Part shown: one piece after another, positions 50,506 through 62,341 of the stretch
Layout: each line of letters starts with the position of its first letter
Position numbering within the stretch: position 1 is the stretch's first letter
Source of the DNA: Sphyrna mokarran
Taxonomy: Eukaryota
Assembly: GCA_024679065.1 (NCBI GenBank)
Contig: JAGIQG010000006.1
Coordinates: 90,396,001 to 90,460,000, forward strand
Direction: 5' to 3'
DNA length: 64,000 bases
Position numbers and translations under genes: made by a program
Notes under the pieces: generated by a model
Database searches by the model: none
The model's input: the letters and a program-made list of their open reading frames with translations, nothing else
What the model was told of the DNA's origin: nothing

Positions 50506-50984
50506 ATTGAGAATTTGTAGACTCAAGCAATTTAACTTGGAGAATAGACAATCCCCAGACCTCAACCACACAATGAAATATATGAATGGACAATTCTCAG
50601 GATTAGTGGAAGTCATAGAATCCTTGCAGTGTGGAAGGAGGCCACTTGGACCATCAACTCTGCATCAATTCTCCTGTAAAGCATCTTACCCAAGTTGATC
50701 CACACCCCTGCCCCCACTTCCCCACCCCTTCTGGCTGCCCCACACAAGACTCTGCAGAGCAGGATGTGACTAAACACACAGGCAGAAATATTGTGAAGAG
50801 GACATCATAAAATCTGTTCATATTGCTCAGGATATTCTTCCATAAGCAATATCTGAAAGGACACTCTGCAGACAGCATTTTAAGATACTTAAAAAGAAAC
50901 ATACAATGGCAGATCTCAATGGCTGTTAGGAGCCAGCACTTCTTGACAGTCTCAATTCATTTCCTAATCTGTACCAAGTCTCAG

Positions 50985-51486
50985 AGGTAACAGAAAGTTT
51001 ACCATGCTGATTCCAAGGATGGTGAGACTGATGTATGAAGAGAGATTGATTAGGTTAGGAATATTTTTGCTGGAATTTAGACGAATGAGAGGGGAGGATC
51101 TCATAGAGACTTATAAAATTCTAATAGGACTAGATAGGGTAGATGCAGGGAGAATATTCCTGATGGTGACAGAGCTCAGAACCAGGAGTCACAGTCTGAA
51201 GATGTAGGATAGACCATTTAGGACAGAGATGAGGTGACATTTCTTCACCCAAAGAGTGTTGAGCCTGTGGAATTCATTTCCACAAGAAGTAGTTGATGCC
51301 AAAACATTGAATGCATTCAAGCAGCAGCTGGATATAGCAGTTGAGGCAAATGGGATCAAAGATTATGAGGAAAAAGCAGGATTAGGCTATCAAGTTGGAT
51401 GATCAGCCATAATCTTAATGAATGGCGAAGCAGCCTCGAAGGGCCAAATGGCCTCTTCCTGCTTCTGTCTTCTATGTGTCTATGTC
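50985..51486 (+). mobile_element. CR1 3' end
   Basis: YEERL..LG..LEFRRMR..DLIETYKIL; tail ttctatgtgtctatg. Confidence 0.92.
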
Positions 51487-51644
51487 AGTATGGTCCAATA
51501 GCCCCAAGGAATTTTGATGGTTTGAGGAAAGTAGGCAAGAGTATGTTTGTGAATGATATTTAATCCACTGAAACTCACAGGGCCTGAGTCTTTTTAAAGA
51601 ACTGTTTGCTATCAGAATGACAATTTTCCCTGTTATTGTGAGAT

Positions 51645-51985
51645 GTAGGAAGAACTCTCACAACACCAGGTTAAAGTCCAAGCTTTCAGAGCTCTGGTCC
51701 TCCATCAGGTGAGTGGGAGTTCTGTTCACAAATAGGGCATATATAGACACAAACTCAACTTACAAAATAATGTTGGAATGCGAGTCTTTACAGGTAATCA
51801 AGTCTTAAAGGTACAGACAATGTGAGTGGAGAGAGCTTTAAGCACAGGTTAAAGAAACATGTATTGTCCCCAGACAGGACAGTTGGTGAGATTTTGCAAG
51901 CACAGGCAGATCATGGATGTTACAGATTGTGTGATACAAACCCAAGATCCCAGTTGAGGCCATCCTCAACAGTGGCATCTCCAAG
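51645..51985 (-). mobile_element. Penelope-like element fragment, mostly inverted, with a mutated hammerhead motif
   Basis: Reverse complement matches 14940-15290; flanked by ttgtgagat at 51636-51644 and 51986-51994. Confidence 0.85.
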
Positions 51986-52023
51986 TTGTGAGATATGCTA
52001 AAACCTCTTCAGAGTCTGATATG

Positions 52024-52115
52024 GATGAGGAGTCATCCACAAAGCACTTCTGCATATGAAGATTTCACTGATGAGGAGTCATCCACAAAGCACTTCTGCA
52101 TATGAAGGTTTCACT
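52024..52115 (+). repeat. 46-bp tandem duplication (two copies, one mismatch)
   Basis: gatgaggagtcatccacaaagcacttctgcatatgaag(a/g)tttcact x2. Confidence 0.95.
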
Positions 52116-52261
52116 GCACTGTGAATCTACTTGCAGCATGTGATAAATACAGCAGAAACTGCAATGCGACCCGCAGCGGCAGAGGACAAAATCACTTCAC
52201 AAAGCTCAGATTGCTGTGATAAGACCTTGGGTCCAGGCTCAACATAAGATTTCAATATATA

Positions 52262-55200
52262 TAGGGGCATAGGAGATAGGAGCAGGAGGCCATTTGGCCC
52301 TTTCAGATCATCCCACTCAATAGCATAACCCTGCTTTCTCCCCATAACTTTTGATCCCATTCACCCCAAGCACTCTATCCAGCTGCCTCTCGAATATATT
52401 CAATGTTTGGGCATCAAGTACTTCCTGTAGTAATGAAGTCCATGCTTTGGTGAAGAAATGTATCCTCATCTCCATCCTAAATGGTCTACCTCAAATCCTC
52501 CATCTGCAACCCCTGGTTCTGGATTCCTCCACCATCAAGATTATCCTCCCAAAAGATTAGAAGACTATTAAACATAGGAGCAGAAAGAGGCCACTCAACC
52601 CACCGAATCTATTCTGCTGTTCAAACATGACTGATATTTTTCTCATCCCTATAACCCCTAATCCACTTATTAGTCAAGAACTTATCTATCTCTGTCTTAA
52701 TGACAGTCAATGACCTGGCCTGTGTAGCATTGAGGCAAAGAGTTTCCCAGATTTGCTACTCTCTGGCTGAAGAAATTACTCTTTATTTCTGTTTTAAAGG
52801 ATCGTCCCTTCAGCCTGAGGCTGTGGCCTCTGGTTCTAGTCTTTCCTACAGGTGGAAACAGCCTCTCTACATCCACTCTATCTGGGCCTCACAGTATCTT
52901 ATAAGTTTCAGTTAGATCCTTCCTCATCTTTCTAAACTCCAATGAGTCATGACCCAGACTCCTCAACTATTCTCATACAACAAGCTCTTCATCCCAGGGA
53001 TCATGCTTGTGAACCCCCTCTGGACTCAGTCCAAGGCTGGCACATTCTTCCTTAGATATGGGGCCCAAAACTGCTCACAATACTCCAAATGGGGTCTGAG
53101 TACTTCTGAGGCGTTATACAGCCTCAGAAGTACATCCATGCTCTTGTATTCTAGCTCTCTGGACATGAATGCTAAGATTGCTAACTACTGACTTAACCTG
53201 CATGCTAACCTTAAGAGAATCTTGAATAATGACTCCCAAGTCTCTTTACATTTCTGATTTCCTAAGCATTTCCCTATTTAGAAAATAGTCTATGCTTCCA
53301 TTCTTCCTTCCAAACATCATACTTTTCTATATTTTATTCCATCTGCCACTTCTTTGCCCACTCTCCTAACCTGTCCAAGTCCATCTGTTTCCCCAATATG
53401 ATGTGTCCCTCTACAGGTCTTTGTATCATTTGCAAACTTAGCAACAGTGCTTTCAGTTCCTTCCTCCAGATCGTAAACATGTATCCTAGCACCGACCCCT
53501 GAGGCACACCACTAATCATTGGCTGCCATCCTGAAAAGAATTCTTTATCTCCACTCTCTGTCTTCTGCCAGACAGCCTATCCTCTAACCAAGATCTTACT
53601 CTTGACACTATGGGCATTTAATTTATTTAACAGTCTCTTTTGTGGCATTTTGTCAAAGGCCTTTGGAAATCTAAATAAATCATGTCCACTGATTCGCTTT
53701 TATCTAACTTTATCTCCTCTTGACAAAGCCATGCTGACACAACCCTATTTTATCATGCACTTCTAAGTACTCTGCGATCTCATCTTTGATAATGGACTCT
53801 AAAATCTTGCCAATGACTCAAGTCAGGCTAATTGGCCTATAATTTCCCATCTGCTGCCTCCCTCTCTTCTTAAACAGTGGTGTTACATTAGCTGCTTTCC
53901 AGTCCTCTGCCTCCAGTGATTCTTGGAAGATCATCACTAATGCCTTCACAATTTCCTCCACTATCTCTTTTCAAACCCTGGGGTATAGGCCATTCAGTCC
54001 AGGTGATTTATCCACCTTCAGATCTTTCAGTTCCCCCAGAACCTTCCCCTTAGTGATGGCCATTACACTTACCAGTCCCCCTGACCATCCTGAAGCTCTG
54101 GCATCCTACTGGTATATTCCAACAAGAAAATTAAAGAAAAGTAACTATCTCTCTGCCATTGTTTTGTTTCCTGTTATTACTTTTCCAGCAGTTTAATGGC
54201 CATTTTTGCCTGTTTCTTATTTTTTATATTTTCTTATCTTATTTTATATTACTAGCTAGCTTAGACTCATATTTCATCTTCTCCTCCTTTATTGCTTTTT
54301 TATTTGTTCTCTGCTCACTTTTAAAGGCTTCTCAATCCTCTGGTTCCCCAATAATCCTTGCCAATTTGTATACTTTTTCTTTTGCTTTTATGCTGTCCTT
54401 GACTTTCCTCATCAGCCATGGATGTCTCGTCCTTCTCTTAGCATGTTTCCTCCTCCTTGGGATAAATTTCTGTTGTGCCTCCTGAATAGTTCTCAAAAAC
54501 TCTTGCCATCACTGTCTTCCCTACTAGGCTCCCTTTCCAATCAACACTGACCAGCTCCTCCCTCATGTCTTTGTAGTTATCTTTATTTAATTGTAATACC
54601 ATCACATCTGACTCCAGCTTCTCCCTCTCAAACTGCAGGGTAAGTTCTACCACGTTGCGATCACTACTCCCTAAGGATTCCTTCACCTTAAGTTCCCTAA
54701 TCAAGACTGCCTCATTACACATCACCATATCCAGAATTGCCTGTTCTCTAGTATGCTCTGTCACAAGCTGCTCCAAAAATCCAACACTTAGACGTACCAC
54801 CAATTCCTTTTCTTGGGATCTACCTGATTTCCTCAGTCCACCTGCATATTGAAGTCCCTCATGATTATTGTAATATTACTTTTTTTTTATATGCCTTCTC
54901 AATCTCCTGATTTATTTTTGCCCTCATCCTGACTATTGCTGGGGGCCTGTACATAACTCCTATCAGTGTCTTTTTACCTTTGTGATTCCTCAACTCTACC
55001 TGCAGGGATTCTATGCCTTCTGATCCTGTATCGTTTCTTGCTATTGGTATAAATTCATTCCTTACTAACAATACAACCCCGCCCCCTTTACCCATCTGCC
55101 TGTCATTCTGATAGGACACATATCCTTGGATATTTAATCGCAGCTCTAATCCCCTTGAGCCATGTCTCTGTGATATCCACAACATCGTAGCAGCCAATTT

Positions 55201-56255
55201 CAATGTGCGCAACAAGCTCATTTACTTTGTTCCGTATACTGCACGCATTTAGGTACAACACTCTCAATCCTGCATTGTCCACCTCCCTTCTCATACTTGT
55301 CACCTCTTTTGCCCTGCCTGAAGTTAGATTCCTGCCACCTTCTATACTCTCTGTTCTATTACATGGTCTGGAAACTTTACTAATCTCTCCTGAGCCCTCA
55401 GCTCCTTGCACATTTACCCTCTCTTTTAACTTTGATTTTCTAACTCTCCATACAGCTGAAACCATTCTCCACCACCCCCCCCCAACTATTTAGTTTAAAT
55501 CCCCCTAGTTATACAATTCATCAGGATTCTTGTCCCAGCACGATTTACATGAAGACCATCCCTTTGAAACAGGTTCCCTCTTCCCCAATACTGGCGCCGA
55601 AATCCCATGAATTCAAACCCATTCCTCCCACACCAATCTTTGAGCCATGCATTTACCTCCTTAATCTTTTTGACCCTGTGCCAATTAGCTCGAGGCTGAG
55701 GCAGTAATCTAGAGATTATTACCTTTTTGGTTCTGCTTTTTAATTTTGCTCCTAGCTGTTCATACTCCTTTAGCAGAACCTTTGTTCCTGCTGTACCTAT
55801 GTCATTGGTACTTCCATGGGCCATAACAACTGGATCTTTACTCTCTCACTCTGCAGCCCAGATCAGATACCCCAAACCCAAGTACCAGGCAGGCAATATA
55901 ACCTTCAGTATTCTTGATCCTGTATCTCCCTGAATTTAGTCCTATTAGAATTTTATAAGTTTCCATGAGATCCCTCCTCATTTGTCTGAATTCCAACAAA
56001 ACAATCCTAACCTAGTCAATCTCTCCTCATGCATCAGTTCTGCCTTGTAAACATTCACTGCACTCCCTCTAGAGCAAAAACATTCTTCCTCAGAAAAGGA
56101 AACCAAAACTGCACACAATATTCTAGGTGTGGCCTCATCCAGTCCCTGTACAATTTCAACAGCACATTCCTGCTCCTGTACTGGAAACTCTCACAATGAA
56201 GACCAATATACCATTTGCCTTCTTTACGGCCTGCAGCTTCTGCATGTTTACCTTC
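52262..56255 (-). mobile_element. Host CR1 3' fragment split in two (52262-52550 and 55918-56255) by a nested CR1
   Basis: ..accatcaagattatcctcc | tgtatctccctg..agtcctattagaattttata.. rejoin into a contiguous CR1 3' sequence. Confidence 0.75.
52555..55917 (-). mobile_element. Long CR1 LINE with ORF1 SGNH-esterase remnant, endonuclease and RT
   Basis: ORF1 HGSTNDIG..RDGLHVNRAG; endonuclease LYLNACSIRNKV..ITETWL, GVMYRPP, LGSSD; [20 protein letters not shown]. Confidence 0.93.
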
Positions 56256-57424
56256 AAAATAGTGGCAAAAGATTAAGAAGTGTATTAGGTTCCCATTAAA
56301 AGTTTTTATCCAACCAAAAATTTACCACATTGAGTCAGCTGTTTATTCATGCAAATATTTTCTCTTATTTTGAACAGGAAAAAAGTGAACAAAATCCATT
56401 CAAAACAATTCTGCATGTATAATCCATACACTATAATCTAAAAGGCTAAACAAAAGGTTTACGTCCCTTCAATATATACTTCACATATGTAACATGTCTT
56501 TATCACCTGGGTCTGAATGTGCAATCGTAATGCTAGAATGCATTTCTGCTCAAGGAAATAAGACATTTGGCAGAAAATCCAAAAACACCTCATTCACATG
56601 CAGAGAAAAGCTTAGTTAAGGTCCTGCTCAGAATGAGTGGAAGGAAATTGTGCATGCAAACGGTTTCTAGATTAAAATGGAGTTGTTTCCAGTGAGACCT
56701 GGCTGCTTAATTTTCCAAACCCCATTCACCCAGGCTTTGCCAGTCACACTAAAGTCACCGGTGAGAACATTTCCACCATTCATGCTCTTGTTGATGTTAT
56801 ACAAAACACTGCAGAGAATCTCAAATATGCCGCTGGTTAATGCATTTCTACACCACTGAAAAAGATCATAAAATGTTTACAATATGCCAATTCAACACAC
56901 ACAGAGCATCCATTTAGAAATTCACTGAATTTAAAATATACCAGGCTCGTGCCTCAAAACCTAATATAGGAAAGGAGCCTGAATTCTCGGGATGATGAGT
57001 GCTTGGTGCCCATCATTCTAGATGCATTTCCCTGACAGGCCCAATGCCATTTTATGTTCAGTTGAGCGTTACTAGCAGCAGTCAGGTCTCCAATTCAGTA
57101 GTTCGATTGATGTCCTCCCTGGGAGAGCTGTCAGCCAATCAGATTTCCCAACAGTTCCCAGCCCCTCCGGTTACAGAGCTGCCATGGCCAGAAGAGGTAC
57201 TGCAGCAATATGCCTGAGCCTTGCTCCTGGGACCATACTTCCTGTGGGTGAGAGGATAGGGAATTGTCCTGAGGAGTTGGCAGGAGGAGGTCGTCAGTCA
57301 ATCTCATAGGAGAAGTTGGAGGGAAGAGAAGGCCTGAGCTCTCTGGGCCCTGAGAGGAAGGATAGTACTTCAAATCTGAAGGGGCCTTTCAATTGAAGGG
57401 CAATCTTCACTTCCCCCCCGCCTG

Positions 57425-57645
57425 TTTTTTTCACTCAGAGGGTGGTGAGTGAATGGAATCGGCTGCCGTAGGTGGTGGTAGAGGCGAACTCCTGGGGTCT
57501 TTTAAAAGACTTCTGGATGAGTACATGGGAACTAATGGGATAGGGGGTTATAGATAGGTCTGTGGCTTGGTAGGTATAGATGTGATCGGCGCAACTCATG
57601 GGCCAAAGGGCCTGTTTGTGCTGTAGCGTTCTATGTTCTATGTTC
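57425..57645 (+). mobile_element. Short, young CR1 3' end
   Basis: ttcactcagagggtggtg..tggaat..; CpGs retained; ttctatgttctatgttct tail. Confidence 0.92.
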
Positions 57646-59570
57646 TCCTCCCCATATTCCTATTCTCCTCTCCTCCATTCTCCTCCCCCTGTTTTCCTCC
57701 CCACTATTCTCCTCCCCTCGTTCTTCTCCCTCGCCCCTGTTCTACTCCCCTGTCCTCCCGTTCTCCTCCTCTGACCTCCCGTTCTCCTCCCAGACCCCCT
57801 GTTCTCCTCCCCTGACCCCCCGTTTTCCTCCCCCGACCCCCGTTTTCCTTCCTGACCCCCCGTTTTCCTCCCCCATGCACCCATTCTCCTCCTCCAACCC
57901 CCATTCTCCTCCCCCGACCCCCATTCTCCTCCCCCGACCCCCATTCTCCTCCCCTCCCAATCCCTTCCCCGGCCCCCTCTCATTCTCTTCCCCCGCCCCC
58001 CCGTTCTCCTCCCCTCCCATTGTCCTCTCTGTCTTCACCATTCTCCTTCTGTTCTCCCCCTGCCCCTCTTGTTCTCCTTCCTGCCCCCCTCGTTCTCTTT
58101 CCTGCCCCCTCGTCCTTTCTTCTGCCCCCCTCGTTCTCCACCCTGCTCCCCCCATTCTCCACTGCCGCCCCGTTCTCTGCCCCTGCCCCCCCGTTCTCCG
58201 CCCCTGCCCTCCATTCTCCGCCCCTGCCCCCCGCTATTCTCCGCCCCTGCCTCCCCCCGTTCTCCGCCCCTGCTCCCCCCCCCGTTCTCCACCCCTGCTC
58301 CCCCTCCCGTTCTCCACCCTGCTCCCCCCGTTCTCCACCCCTGCTCCCCCCATTCTCCACCCTTCCCCCGTTCTCCACCCCTGCTCTTATCCCCCGTTCT
58401 CCACCCTGCTTCCCCCCCCCGTTCTCCACCTCTGCTTCCCCCCGTTCTCCACCCCGCCCCGTTCTCCACCACCCCCCCATTCTCCAACTCCCCCCCATTC
58501 TCCAACTCCCCCCATTCTCCACCCCGCCCCGTCTCCACCACCACCCCATTCTCCAACTCCCCCCACTCTCCACCCGCCCGTTCTCCACCCCCCCATTCTC
58601 CAACCCCCCCCCATTCTCCAACCCCCCCGTTCTCCACCCCCCCCATTCTCCAACCCCGTTCTCCCCACCCTCCACCCGCTCCCGCTCCCCCCCCCGCTCC
58701 CCCCCCTCCCCCCCTGCCCCCCCCCCCGCTCCCCTCCCCGGCTCCCCCCCTCCCCCCCCCCCCGCTCCCCCCCTGCTCCCCCCTGCTCCCCCACTGCTCC
58801 CCCCGTTCCCCCTCCCTCCCCCCCGCTCCCCCCCCGCCCCCCTCCTGTTCCCAACCCCCCCATTCACCACCCCCGCTGTTCTCCCCCCTGCCCCCCCCCC
58901 TCCCCCCCGTTCTCCCCCCTTCTCCCCCCCTTCTCCCCCCCATTCTCCCCTGCCCCCCGTTCTCTCCCCCCCCGTCTCCCCCCCTGCTCCCCTCCCCCCG
59001 TTCTCCACCCCCCTCCCCCCGTTCTCCACCCCTGCTCCCTCCCCCCTCTCCCCCCTGCTAACCACCCCCGTTCTCCACCCCTGCCCCGTTCTCCACCCCG
59101 TCTCCACCCCTGCTCCCCTCCCCTCCCCCGTTCTCCACCCCTGCTCCCCTCCCCCCGTTCTCCCCCTCTCCCCCCCCGTTCTCCACCCCTCCTCCCCTCC
59201 CCCCGTTCTCCACCCCTGCTCCCCTCCCCCCGTCTCCACCCCTCCCCCCGTCTCCACCCTGCTCCCCTCCCCCCGTTCTCCACCCCTGCTCCCCTCCCCC
59301 CGTTCTCCACCCCTGCTCCCCTCCCCCCTCTCCACCTCCCCCGTTCTCCACCCTGCTCCCCCCTCACCGTTCTCCACCCTGCTCCCCCCTCACCGTTCTC
59401 CATCCTTGCTCCCCCCCCTGTTCTCCACCCCTGCCCCCCTGTTCTCCCTGCACCCTGTTTTTTTCCCACCCCCATTCTTGCCCCCCACCTCCCTGTTCTT
59501 CTCCCCCGCCCCTACCCCCTTCTCCTCCCCCCTACCCCATTCTCCTCCCCCCAACAACCCACCACTCACA
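57645..59570. repeat. ~1.9 kb C-rich degenerate minisatellite / low-complexity tract
   Basis: Variants of ccccc(g/a)ttctccacccctgct; almost purely pyrimidine on the plus strand. Confidence 0.95.
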
Positions 59571-60076
59571 AGTTCTGGCCGTATGACTAAGCACTAATTA
59601 CACAGCAGCTGCACTAATCACTGAAAAGCTCATTTCGTAAGGCAAAGTCTCTCATAAAAGGTAAGTTCTGAAATATTTTTCTTTAATATTCCAAAAATGT
59701 TATACAATAAGCATGAGTGATCATTTATGATTAGGCCACAAAGTATCTGATCAATTAAAACCACTCATCCTAAAATGAGTACATCGTTTCATGCAGACAG
59801 AACAAGATTGATTACAGCAGCAAATGCAGCAGTGAGTACACCACTTCCCCAGTTCCAGCACTTCATAGCAAACTTGTATCTTGTTCCCAGTGCTGTAAAT
59901 TGGGTTCTATTTAAGATTTGTTTCTGAATAAATGTGGAGATGGATTTTACTTCACTATTGCAGGAGAATTCTAACAGTGAAAATATAAGCAGGTATGGTG
60001 AGAGTGAGTGGAGGAAGTGCTAAACAGACAATTTAGAGGTACCAAGATTAGTGTAATATGGCCGGGTACAAACAAT

Positions 60077-61318
60077 GGGCCCAATTGTCCCATGGCGACA
60101 TGTTAGTTTTTTGGCAAGTTGGGTTGGGAGATGCGCGTGTCGGCCATTTCACGGGATTCGCGCAGGCATTTCCCAATGCATGCACGTCTCCCACTGCCGG
60201 AGAGCAGTCACAGTCTAGCCCACGATGGAAACTGGCGGGAAGACCAAGTAAGTAATTTTAATCTGTTTTTAAAAAGCATTTGGACAGTTACATGGGTATA
60301 GAGGGATATGGGCCAAATGCAGGCATTTAGAATTGATTAGCTAAGAGGTTTAGAAAAATAAGGGTGACATGGATAAGCTGTGCTGAACGGCCTGTTTCCA
60401 TGGTGTAAACCTCAATGGCTTTATGGCTGTAAATGTGATTATTGGGCGTGGGACTGAATTCTCCAGGCCCAATAGCATCTCCCACCCCGAGTATTTCACT
60501 CTAGTAGGGTTTAGAGTAGTTTCCCACATTCAGGGAACGAGCGGGAAACCTCACTGGAATGAAGGGGGAGCAATCCGGAGTTCCCAGGGGTCGGGTGGTG
60601 GAGGGTGTAGTGCTCCCTGGGCATTGGCATCCTGGATGTACCTGCCTATGTCCCCGGCACTGCATAAGGGGCAAAGTGCCCACACCTAGGGGCACCTTGG
60701 CACTGCCTTGGCACAACCTTGGGACAGCCCACCATTCTTGGGACAGTGCAAGGGGGCATGACCTATTGTGGATGGGACCGAGGGGTGATCAGTGGGAGTG
60801 GGGGTGTCCCGCTGCCACTCTGCCGAGTTGGTCAGAGGTGGAGGGAGGCCAGTGATTGGGGTAGGCTAGAAGGGTAGTAGTCTGTTGGGGGGGAGGGGGT
60901 GGGGGTCTGCCTTCGGGAGTGGGATTTGCCTCCTGTAAGTTGAGGCCTGCTGTGGTAGGGTGGGGGACAGGGGGCAGGTTGCCAGGGTAGTGGGGGTGGG
61001 GTTGGTGGAGGGTAGGGGGATCGTTACTGCTGGGGGAGTGAGCTGGGCATCAAAGCGCACCGTGACGGGGGGGAGGTTGGGGCTGGCCTAGGAATGATCA
61101 CGGAGACCACAATCAGGCTGCGGGAGGATGGGCAGCATTGTGAGGGTCTCGGCCTGGCCAACGATTACGCAGTGCTCACAACTGCCAAACTCCAGCTTCT
61201 GCATTGCACAGAGTGTGAGAGATTTGAGTCTAAACTCCCACTGAAAAAAACAATTGTGATTTACACTAGTTTTCCTATAAATTCAGCACTTAGAATTTTT
61301 TTGAGGAGAATTGGGCTC
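60077..61318. mobile_element. Harbinger-type non-autonomous element with nested CR1 tail (~60270-60425)
   Basis: TIRs gggcccaattgtc / gagaattgggctc; AAT duplicated on both sides; agcacttagaa subterminal motif. Confidence 0.82.
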
Positions 61319-61769
61319 AATGAGCTGAAGCTGGGATTATTAATCAGACTATCAATAATACTTTGTGATGGCCTTCCATGTACTGCTTGATATTTTGTAC
61401 AATAACCCTGTGTATGATTTTCATGTTTATTGTCAGCATGCAGCTTGTCAAATGTTTTCCTAATGATGCATTGTCTATTAAAACAATTCTACACCTTATT
61501 ACTGCCTACTTTCCTCAGTCAAATTACCTGACCCAATTACCTCATCTGCAGTATTCTCCACAGCAAAGATGAAAGAATTGTTTACCTTTCAAAAATCTCC
61601 TTGGATGACAAAAGGACATTTTTGATCCACTAAGAGGGACGTTTTTCAATGTTTGAAGAATACTCAAGGCAACAACTTTCTGCTACTTTGCCCCCAGCTG
61701 ATTAGTAAAACTTACAGTTTGGAGAAGACTTTACTTCCCATCCAAATTCTCTTTCCACAATCAGATTTT

Positions 61770-62020
61770 TGTCTATTTCTATGGCTTGTAATTCTTGGAA
61801 CAGTTTCTAGTCTGTCACCAGGAGCTTCTAACTTGAGGGCTCATCAATTTCTTCCATTCTTACTGCCAGGCATTGAAATGTTGAAAGGATTTGTAGGTTG
61901 CCACACTCAACCTATTTGGCCACATTATGAATGCACCTTCCTTGGCCAGCAAGTCCTGAGATGGGACTATGAATCCAGAACTTCTGATTCAGAGTTAGGG
62001 ATACTGTACTACAATACTTC
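61770..62020 (-). mobile_element. SINE family C copy
   Basis: Reverse complement ctctgaatcagaagttctggattc..caggacttgctggccaaggaagg..aataggttgagt matches 19370-19440. Confidence 0.6.
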
Positions 62021-62029
62021 CTTTGATGT

Positions 62030-62341
62030 GATAGCATGGTGGCAGAGTGGATAGCACTGTTACCGCACCAGGAACCTGGGCTCAATTCTGGTCTTGGGTC
62101 ATGTCTGTGTGGAGTTTGCACATTCTCCCCATGTCTACGTGGGTTTCCTCCAGATACCCTGGTTTCCTCCCACAGTCCAAAGATGTGTGGCTTAGGCTGA
62201 TTGACCATACTAAATTGACTAGAGTCAGAGGATAAGCAGGTTATATACATGAGGTTATAGGAATAGGGCCTGAGTAGGATTGCGGTCTGTGCTGACTCAA
62301 TGGGCCAAATGGCCTTCTTCTGCACTGAAGGGATTCTATGA
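62030..62341 (+). mobile_element. Near full-length HE1-type SINE
   Basis: gcatggtggcagagtgg head; gtctgtgtggagtttgcacattctcccc; ctgcactgaagggattctatga tail. Confidence 0.93.

Noticed and set aside
52068-52090. ctgatgaggagtcatcc hammerhead-like start
   Set aside because: Created by the tandem-duplication junction; no GAAA core
57875-59597. 571-aa and 525-aa Pro-rich and 465-aa Gly-rich ORFs resembling extensin or formin
   Set aside because: Frames are open on both strands because the C-rich tract cannot form stop codons; unit lengths do not preserve frame
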